Positions 46,689-51,011 of a DNA stretch of 64,000 nucleotides are shown here, in pieces (within the stretch, counting starts at the first letter, position 1; each line of letters starts with the position of its first letter). The translations under genes and the position numbers were made by a program. Location: positions 1 through 64,000 of IMG/VR virus record IMGVR_UViG_3300045107_000440; one strand, 5' to 3'. The DNA comes from a virus. The notes under the pieces are model-generated. The model ran no database searches. It had not been told where the DNA came from and saw nothing but the letters and a program-made list of their open reading frames with translations.

Positions 46689-46760
46689 GTTCCCGTGGTC
46701 TAATGGAAGGGCACTGAGCTACGAACTCAGAATATCAAGGTTCGAGTCCTTGCGGGAATA
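46689..46760 (+). tRNA. tRNA-Arg (anticodon ACG)
   Basis: Acceptor gttcccg/cgggaat, anticodon arm ctgag-ctacgaa-ctcag, T arm caagg-ttcgagt-ccttg. Confidence 0.8.
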
Positions 46761-46770
46761 CAGATTATTA

Positions 46771-46784
46771 TTAACTTTGCATCC
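46771..46784 (+). promoter_or_regulatory. conserved motif TTAACTTTGCATCC ahead of leader L2
   Basis: See 46324-46335. Confidence 0.45.
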
Positions 46785-46853
46785 ATGAACAAGAAAGGAC
46801 TATTGTCGCTCTCATTAAGTTATTCGATGAATAACCGAGAGGATATTGTCTAA
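46785..46853 (+). CDS. leader mini-ORF L2 (22 aa, MNKKGLLSLSLSYSMNNREDIV)
   Basis: ATG follows TTAACTTTGCATCC. Codons 6-14 are cta ttg tcg ctc tca tta agt tat tcg. The ORF is followed by a terminator and then tRNA Leu x3, Ser x2, Tyr. Confidence 0.6.
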   Translation: MNKKGLLSLSLSYSMNNREDIV

Positions 46854-46876
46854 ACTTTTCAAAAAAGAAATTAGCG

Positions 46877-46906
46877 AAAGCCTCTCAGAAATGGGAGGCT
46901 TTTTTT
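46877..46906 (+). terminator. terminator/attenuator hairpin of unit 2
   Basis: aaagcctctc (46877-86) pairs with gggaggcttt (46893-902), with a T-run to 46906. The next tRNA starts at 46909. Confidence 0.6.
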
Positions 46907-46908
46907 AT

Positions 46909-46983
46909 GCACGCGTAGCCCAATTGGCAGGAGGCGCCAGATTTAGGATCTGGGCAGTGTGGGTTCGAATCCCTCCGCGTGTA
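46909..46983 (+). tRNA. tRNA-Leu-like (anticodon TAG), short variable region
   Basis: Acceptor gcacgcg/cgcgtgt, Leu-type D loop (aattggcag), anticodon arm ccaga-tttagga-tctgg, A73. Only about 5 nt lie between the anticodon and T arms. Confidence 0.65.
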
Positions 46984-46987
46984 CTAT

Positions 46988-47061
46988 CGGGGTGTGGTGC
47001 AATCGGCAGACACGTCAGACTTAAAATCTGAATGTTGCAAGTTCGAATCTTGCCATCCCGA
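46988..47061 (+). tRNA. tRNA-Leu-like (anticodon TAA), short variable region
   Basis: Acceptor cggggtg/catcccg, anticodon arm tcaga-cttaaaa-tctga, T arm gcaag-ttcgaat-cttgc, A73. Confidence 0.65.
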
Positions 47062-47065
47062 CAAT

Positions 47066-47139
47066 GCGCAAATAGCCCAATCGGCAGAGGCAATAGTTTC
47101 AAAAACTATTAAGTAATGGTTCGAATCCATTTTTGCGCA
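47066..47139 (+). tRNA. tRNA-Leu-like (anticodon CAA), short variable region
   Basis: Acceptor gcgcaaa/tttgcgc, anticodon arm atagt-ttcaaaa-actat, T arm aatgg-ttcgaat-ccatt, A73. Confidence 0.65.
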
Positions 47140-47142
47140 CAT

Positions 47143-47224
47143 AGAGAGTTAACGTACCCGGGTACGGCCAGCCTGCTAAGCTGCGCGATCCGAAAGGATT
47201 CTGGATCAGGGCCAGAACTCTCTG
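47143..47224 (+). tRNA. tRNA-Ser-like (anticodon GCT), atypical D and T loops
   Basis: Acceptor agagagt/actctct, anticodon loop ctgctaa, long variable arm gatcc-gaaa-ggatt, T arm tctgg-atcaggg-ccaga, D arm cgtac-ccgg-gtacg. Confidence 0.55.
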
Positions 47225-47230
47225 CTTTAT

Positions 47231-47314
47231 GGAGAATAGCGTCCATGGGGGCAAGCGGTCTTGAAAACCGTAGCGGTCGTGATGAGCGACAGGGTTCGAT
47301 TCCTATATTCTCCG
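47231..47314 (+). tRNA. tRNA-Ser (anticodon TGA)
   Basis: Acceptor ggagaat/attctcc, anticodon arm gcggt-cttgaaa-accgt, a long variable arm, and a weak T stem. Confidence 0.65.
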
Positions 47315-47319
47315 CTTTT

Positions 47320-47391
47320 GGGATGATACACGGGGCTTGTAGGATTGTCTGTAAAACAAAACCTCATGAAGTTCGAGTCTTCTCCATCCCA
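47320..47391 (+). tRNA. tRNA-Tyr-like (anticodon GTA), short variable region
   Basis: Acceptor gggatga/ccatccc (6 of 7 pairs), anticodon arm ttgt-ctgtaaa-acaa, T loop ttcgagt. The D arm is poorly defined. Confidence 0.5.
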
Positions 47392-47417
47392 CGTTTGTTT
47401 TGTATAAAAATTTTACA

Positions 47418-47429
47418 TTACTTTGCGTC
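47418..47429 (+). promoter_or_regulatory. conserved motif TTACTTTGCGTC ahead of leader L3
   Basis: See 46324-46335. Confidence 0.45.
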
Positions 47430-47504
47430 ATGATTAAAGAAAGCGCAAATATTGAGGAAGCTGAGGAACAAAATGTTCCGGTAGCCAAATTGGTAAGGCG
47501 CTAG
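47430..47504 (+). CDS. leader mini-ORF L3 (24 aa, MIKESANIEEAEEQNVPVAKLVRR)
   Basis: ATG follows TTACTTTGCGTC. It has 5 Glu codons, and its 3' end overlaps the start of tRNA-Glu. Confidence 0.45.
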   Translation: MIKESANIEEAEEQNVPVAKLVRR

Positions 47505-47548
47505 ACTTTCACTCTAGTAATGTGCGGGTTCGAGTCCCGTTCGGAACA
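47475..47548 (+). tRNA. tRNA-Glu (anticodon TTC)
   Basis: Acceptor gttccgg/tcggaac, D arm gcc-aaattggtaa-ggc, anticodon arm ctaga-ctttcac-tctag, T arm gcggg-ttcgagt-cccgt. Confidence 0.8.
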
Positions 47549-47559
47549 CTAAAATAAAA

Positions 47560-47649
47560 ATGATTTTGAAAACTTGGTTTACGATAGTGATGATTGGATT
47601 TACAGCAAGAAATTGCGGTAAAGATCGCATTGTTATGACCGGGTGCTGA
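47560..47649 (+). CDS. leader mini-ORF L4 (29 aa, MILKTWFTIVMIGFTARNCGKDRIVMTGC)
   Basis: Starts 12 nt after tRNA-Glu. Its residue set matches the 13 isotypes of the 14 tRNAs downstream. A terminator follows at 47677-47710. Confidence 0.55.
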   Translation: MILKTWFTIVMIGFTARNCGKDRIVMTGC

Positions 47650-47676
47650 CATACACTTTCGAATAAAAAAAGAAAT

Positions 47677-47710
47677 GCCCCGGTCAAGTAAGATCGGGGC
47701 TTTGTGTTTT
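47677..47710 (+). terminator. terminator/attenuator hairpin of unit 4
   Basis: gccccgg (47677-83) pairs with tcggggc (47694-700), followed by tttgtgtttt. tRNA-Ala starts at 47713. Confidence 0.55.
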
Positions 47711-47712
47711 AT

Positions 47713-47786
47713 GGGCCGCTGGCAGAATTGGCTATGCACCTGTTTTGCAAACAGGATCAACTGGGTTCGAAGCCCAGGCGTGTCCA
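47713..47786 (+). tRNA. tRNA-Ala-like (anticodon TGC)
   Basis: Anticodon arm cctgt-tttgcaa-acagg and T arm ctggg-ttcgaag-cccag. The acceptor is imperfect in either register. A CCA is encoded at 47787-47789. Confidence 0.55.
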
Positions 47787-47839
47787 CCAAAGATGTTTGA
47801 ATGCTCATTTGCTTCCACGTAGGGAGACATCTTTTTTAA

Positions 47840-47911
47840 GGGTTGGTAGCTCAGAGGAAGAGCAGGGGTTTGTTAAACCTCAGGTCGAGATTTCAAAATT
47901 CTCCCATCCCT
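47840..47911 (+). tRNA. tRNA-Asn (anticodon GTT)
   Basis: D arm gctc-agaggaa-gagc and anticodon arm ggggt-ttgttaa-acctc. Acceptor gggttgg/ccatccc has one mismatch. Confidence 0.7.
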
Positions 47912-47912
47912 C

Positions 47913-47984
47913 ACATCGGAATGCCAATGGTGGCGAACAGGTCTCCAAAACCAGTTGCGCTTGGTTCGATCCCAAGTCGATGTG
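47913..47984 (+). tRNA. tRNA-Trp (anticodon CCA)
   Basis: Acceptor acatcgg/tcgatgt, anticodon loop ctccaaa, T arm cttgg-ttcgatc-ccaag. Confidence 0.75.
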
Positions 47985-48110
47985 CAAACGGATACGTAGC
48001 GCTGACAGATGGGAGTAGACATGATATCTGGAATATCGAGTAATCCCAGTAATACCGCTAGTTAAGCCACCGTGGATAAATTAAAGGGCTTCAAAATAGT
48101 CTGTCAACAT

Positions 48111-48183
48111 TCCGGAAAAGCTCATGTGGAAGAGCTACTGTTTTGTAAACAGAAGGTTGTCGGTTCGAACCCGTCTTCCGGAT
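48111..48183 (+). tRNA. tRNA-Thr (anticodon TGT)
   Basis: Acceptor tccggaa/ttccgga, D arm gctc/gagc, anticodon loop tttgtaa, T loop ttcgaac. Confidence 0.75.
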
Positions 48184-48218
48184 CATGAAAAGGCGAAGAT
48201 GAAATATTTTGTAACCAA

Positions 48219-48291
48219 GCTCCCGTAGCTTAAATGCAAAAGCATTTCTCTTCTAAAGAAACGAGTGTGGGTTGGAGTCCCACCGGGAGTT
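48219..48291 (+). tRNA. tRNA-Arg (anticodon TCT)
   Basis: Acceptor gctcccg/cgggagt, anticodon arm tttct-cttctaa-agaaa, T arm gtggg-ttggagt-cccac. Confidence 0.8.
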
Positions 48292-48294
48292 CAT

Positions 48295-48366
48295 CGGCCC
48301 TTGGCGCAATGGTGGCGCACCTCGCTCATAACGAGGCGGACGACAGATCGGTACTGTCAGGGCCAA
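48295..48366 (+). tRNA. tRNA-Met (anticodon CAT), C1xA72 mismatch
   Basis: D arm gcgc-aatggtg-gcgc, anticodon arm cctcg-ctcataa-cgagg, T arm gacag-atcggta-ctgtc. Confidence 0.75.
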
Positions 48367-48399
48367 CTATGGAAAGTGATAAGAAAAGCTACGGCATAA

Positions 48400-48471
48400 C
48401 TTGTCGTAGCTTAATGGTGGAGCACCAGACTTTTAATCTGGGGGACGTTGGATCAGTACCAACCGGCAAGA
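48400..48471 (+). tRNA. tRNA-Lys (anticodon TTT)
   Basis: Acceptor cttgtcg/cggcaag, anticodon arm ccaga-cttttaa-tctgg, T arm gttgg-atcagta-ccaac. Confidence 0.8.
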
Positions 48472-48477
48472 CAATAT

Positions 48478-48549
48478 TCTGATGTAGCTCATCGGTAGAG
48501 AGCGGATCTGATAAGTCCGTGGCAGATGGTTCAATTCCATCCATCAGAA
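48478..48549 (+). tRNA. tRNA-Ile (anticodon GAT)
   Basis: Acceptor tctgatg/catcaga, anticodon arm cggat-ctgataa-gtccg, T arm gatgg-ttcaatt-ccatc. Confidence 0.8.
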
Positions 48550-48550
48550 C

Positions 48551-48621
48551 TGTGGGGTAGATTAACGGTAGATCAATGGGCTCATAACCCATGCGTGAGG
48601 GTTCGATTCCCTTCCCCGCTA
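48551..48621 (+). tRNA. tRNA with anticodon CAT (elongator Met or lysidine-type Ile2)
   Basis: Anticodon arm atggg-ctcataa-cccat and T arm gaggg-ttcgatt-ccctt. CCA is encoded after A73. Confidence 0.7.
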
Positions 48622-48624
48622 CCA

Positions 48625-48697
48625 GGGCAGATAACAAACATGGTGTATGTGCCAGACTGAAAATCTGGAAATCGTGGATCGTTACCACGTCTGCCCA
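48625..48697 (+). tRNA. tRNA-Phe (anticodon GAA)
   Basis: Acceptor gggcaga/tctgccc, anticodon arm ccaga-ctgaaaa-tctgg, T arm cgtgg-atcgtta-ccacg. Confidence 0.8.
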
Positions 48698-48701
48698 CAA
48701 T

Positions 48702-48777
48702 GCCTCGATAGCTCAGCCTGATTTAGAGCAACTTCCTTACAAGAAGAAGGCCGGTGGTTTGAATCCATCTCGGGGCA
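48702..48777 (+). tRNA. tRNA-Val (anticodon TAC)
   Basis: Acceptor gcctcga/tcggggc, anticodon loop cttacaa, T arm ggtgg-tttgaat-ccatc. Confidence 0.75.
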
Positions 48778-48784
48778 CAAAAAA

Positions 48785-48858
48785 GCGATACACGCATAAG
48801 AGGTGGTGCACAAGTCTTCCAAACTTGAAAAGATTCGGTTCGATCCCGAAGTATCGCT
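48785..48858 (+). tRNA. tRNA-Gly (anticodon TCC)
   Basis: Acceptor gcgatac/gtatcgc, anticodon arm caagt-cttccaa-acttg, T arm ttcgg-ttcgatc-ccgaa. Confidence 0.8.
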
Positions 48859-49026
48859 CTAAGATCAGGAGGTTGCATGTTGGATTCATGTCATCCACTT
48901 GGATTAAGTTTTATGAAATAGCGGAGCAAAGACAGTAAAATGTCAACAGCCTAAGTAAAACTCCAAATATGTTCCGAAGTACAAGTGAACGGATGTAGCT
49001 CAATGTCAGAGCGTCTGATCTTAACC

Positions 49027-49096
49027 GTTGGTATTGGTTCCGGGAGCCGTGTGGTCTGCAAAATCACAGAGAACAGTTCGACCCTGTTTACCAACT
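49027..49096 (+). tRNA. tRNA-Cys (anticodon GCA)
   Basis: Acceptor gttggta/taccaac, anticodon arm gtggt-ctgcaaa-atcac, T arm aacag-ttcgacc-ctgtt. Confidence 0.7.
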
Positions 49097-49099
49097 CAT

Positions 49100-49176
49100 G
49101 GAATATGGGCCTGCAGGGTGTGGGCACTCGCCTGTCACGCGAGAAATTCAGTCGGGTTCGATCCCCGAATATTCCG
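49100..49176 (+). tRNA. tRNA-Asp (anticodon GTC)
   Basis: Acceptor ggaatat/atattcc, anticodon arm ctcgc-ctgtcac-gcgag, T arm tcggg-ttcgatc-cccga. Confidence 0.8.
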
Positions 49177-49341
49177 CTTAATCTCCTCCTCCGTTAACTC
49201 CTTTTTGATAAAAGCTATCTTATCGCTGCTGCAGAAGCAAAGTATACCTTGCTCATTCCCTTTGATTTCAAACTTTTTATCTACCAGAGATTCGGTAGTT
49301 TTCTCAAAGATTATTTCGGCACCGCAGTGTAGGCAGATCAT
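49135..49341 (-). CDS. small Cys-containing hypothetical protein
   Basis: Track ORF (MICLHCGAEIIFEK...). Its 3' end overlaps tRNA-Asp on the other strand. Confidence 0.4.
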   Translation of the reverse strand: MICLHCGAEIIFEKTTESLVDKKFEIKGNEQGILCFCSSDKIAFIKKELTEEEIKRNIRGSNPTEFLA

Positions 49342-49481
49342 TTGGACTTTTTTACAACATCTTTCCTTATAGACCTAAGCACAGTTTTATCCCTTTCGCT
49401 GAGGATAGTGCATTTGTTACTGGAGTTCAAAAGAACTTTCATCAGGAACAATTTCTCTTCTATCGTTACCTTCTTTGGCAT
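49338..49481 (-). CDS. 47-aa hypothetical protein
   Basis: MPKKVTIEEKLFLMKVLLNSSNKC...; overlaps both neighbours by 1-4 nt. Below the ORF-track cutoff. Confidence 0.4.
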   Translation of the reverse strand: MPKKVTIEEKLFLMKVLLNSSNKCTILSERDKTVLRSIRKDVVKKSK

Positions 49482-49828
49482 CAAAAAGGCAAGTCATCTT
49501 TTGAAGTAGATGGCTGTTCAGGAGTTTGCTGATTTCCCGGCTGCCATTTGCGTGCCTGCTGCTGATCCCATTCTATTTTGAAGGCGTTGACCTGAGTGTA
49601 CCAGCGGCCATTGTACTCCCGGCTTTCAAGACTGATATGTGCCGTTAAAGTTATTCCTGGCTCAAGATCGTACTTGTCGATTAGATCCTGTCCCCAAAGG
49701 GAGATGCAGACGTTTTTAGGATATTGGCCAGGCGTTTCAAGAATAAAGTCGAGCTTACTCCATTGGCCATTTTTGCCCTGACCGGTTACAATCGGGAGGA
49801 CTTGTTTTACGATGCCTTTGATTTGCAT
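49481..49828 (-). CDS. OB-fold ssDNA-binding-like protein (DUF3127 type) with SSB-like acidic tip
   Basis: ATG at 49828 (MQIKGIVKQVLPIVTGQGKNGQWSKLDFILETPGQYPKNVCISLWG...SREYNGRWYTQVNAFKI). A Q/P-rich tail ends in DDLPF. Confidence 0.65.
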   Translation of the reverse strand: MQIKGIVKQVLPIVTGQGKNGQWSKLDFILETPGQYPKNVCISLWGQDLIDKYDLEPGITLTAHISLESREYNGRWYTQVNAFKIEWDQQQARKWQPGNQQTPEQPSTSKDDLPF

Positions 49829-50023
49829 GTTAAATAGGGTTAAAAAAGTGCCTGTCTTTCCAGGCTGCCAGTAATAACCAGCCATTACAAGGGAGTTTTT
49901 ACACACCGAATGGTACCTCTCCGTTACCTCGTTTTGAACATCACGCTGGCTGGCCTTCTTCTTACTTGCCGATCCCCATACCGGGGGAACTGTGGAATGC
50001 AAACAGAGAGGCGTTAAAATCGT

Positions 50024-50458
50024 TTATTCGAGGATCATCCAATCCTCGGCAGCGGCATCGCTCGGTGATGGAGTCCAGCCGAAAATGTCATTGTTAGGAT
50101 ACACGATGGCAAATTGATTGTTGTACCTGATCGTGTTGTAAAAAATTGGATCAATAGGCAAGGAGGTTGCTGAGACATTGCTTTCTTTCACTTGTTCACC
50201 AACTTCAAATCTTCTCAAAAACTCATTCTTCACTGAGTCAGGAAGGCTTTGCATTTTTGGAACGATCTCCAATTTTATCTCGGAGGGCACTTGCATGAAT
50301 ACAAATAATCCTTTTCCGTTCCATCCTGCGCGTTGAAGCATTTTGCCGTTCTTCATTGCTTGCACAGCCTGACCAAAATTCAATTTGGTAGTTGGTGTTT
50401 TTTCAGGGTCTTTCTTTAATTCTTCGTCCATGTCTTTGTCGTTTGCTTTAGCCGGCAT
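50024..50458 (-). CDS. DUF2829-domain protein (Tad2-like candidate)
   Basis: FGQAVQAMKNGKMLQRAGWNGKGLFVFMQVP matches the DUF2829 N-terminal signature as I remember it. Confidence 0.6.
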   Translation of the reverse strand: MPAKANDKDMDEELKKDPEKTPTTKLNFGQAVQAMKNGKMLQRAGWNGKGLFVFMQVPSEIKLEIVPKMQSLPDSVKNEFLRRFEVGEQVKESNVSATSLPIDPIFYNTIRYNNQFAIVYPNNDIFGWTPSPSDAAAEDWMILE

Positions 50459-50466
50459 CCCGCGGG

Positions 50467-50763
50467 TTAGATTTTTTCGTAAGTTTTTTCAAAAATTTCT
50501 TTCTTGCAGGGATAGAACTGTCGATCTTGAGTTGGAAATGGTTCTTCGATAACCCAATCACCAGGCATTACTTTCATGTCTCCTTCGTTAGTAGGAATAA
50601 CCAAACTGAAAATTGGTGCACCTTGCCCAGCCAGATAAGCGGTTTCTGATTCAAGCTCAGTCCGCAAATCAAGTTCAGTCCATTTAATTATTTCCTCACG
50701 ATTCAATCCTGTATATTGAATTGCAAGGACTTTTGTTGGTTTTTTTCTGAATACTTCTATCAT
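50467..50763 (-). CDS. hypothetical protein
   Basis: Track ORF. Confidence 0.55.
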   Translation of the reverse strand: MIEVFRKKPTKVLAIQYTGLNREEIIKWTELDLRTELESETAYLAGQGAPIFSLVIPTNEGDMKVMPGDWVIEEPFPTQDRQFYPCKKEIFEKTYEKI

Positions 50764-51011
50764 AAATCGTATTTGGTTAAAAGTTTCTTGTACTCCTCCA
50801 TTTGCTCATTGAATTCCATCGAAGGGTTTAATTCCTTTAATCGAAGGAACTCACGCTTCACTATCTCCAATCTTACTTCCCTTTCTGGTTGGCCGCAGAT
50901 GTGCTTAAACATCACAGACTCCGCTTGTGACCAACTACCTTGATGGATGCCTATCGAAGCACCACAATGCAGACATTTAAGAGTTGAGTATGATTGATCA
51001 GGCCAAGTCAT
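50760..51011 (-). CDS. hypothetical protein
   Basis: Track ORF; 4-nt overlaps. Confidence 0.5.
   Translation of the reverse strand: MTWPDQSYSTLKCLHCGASIGIHQGSWSQAESVMFKHICGQPEREVRLEIVKREFLRLKELNPSMEFNEQMEEYKKLLTKYDL

Noticed and set aside
48009-48065. 18-codon ORF (MGVDMISGISSNPSNTAS) in the gap before tRNA-Thr, considered as another leader.
   Set aside because: Its Ser-rich content does not match the downstream tRNAs (Thr, Arg, Met, Lys and others), and no terminator follows.
47985-48110. 125-nt gap in the array, inspected for a hidden or oversized tRNA.
   Set aside because: Only short helices were found (tggga/tccca and tagcg/cgcta). There is no 7-bp acceptor stem and no canonical T loop.
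48866-48879. aggagg plus ATG as evidence for Shine-Dalgarno-dependent translation.
   Set aside because: This is an isolated occurrence. Other genes in the window lack such sequences, and the downstream ORF is only 14 codons.
48985-49026. tRNA-like 5' half (acceptor-like strand, D arm gctc-aatgtca-gagc) just before tRNA-Cys.
   Set aside because: I could not close an anticodon arm, T arm or 3' acceptor strand. It is probably a decayed fragment and needs software confirmation.
46418-49372. Numerous 60-115-aa track ORFs on both strands across the tRNA array (for example 46418..46603, 46846..47031, 47116..47433, 47704..48018, 48591..48938 and 48389..48700 on the minus strand).
   Set aside because: They run straight through well-formed tRNA cloverleaves, often use TTG or GTG starts, and have odd composition. 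They are a by-product of stop-poor structured RNA sequence.
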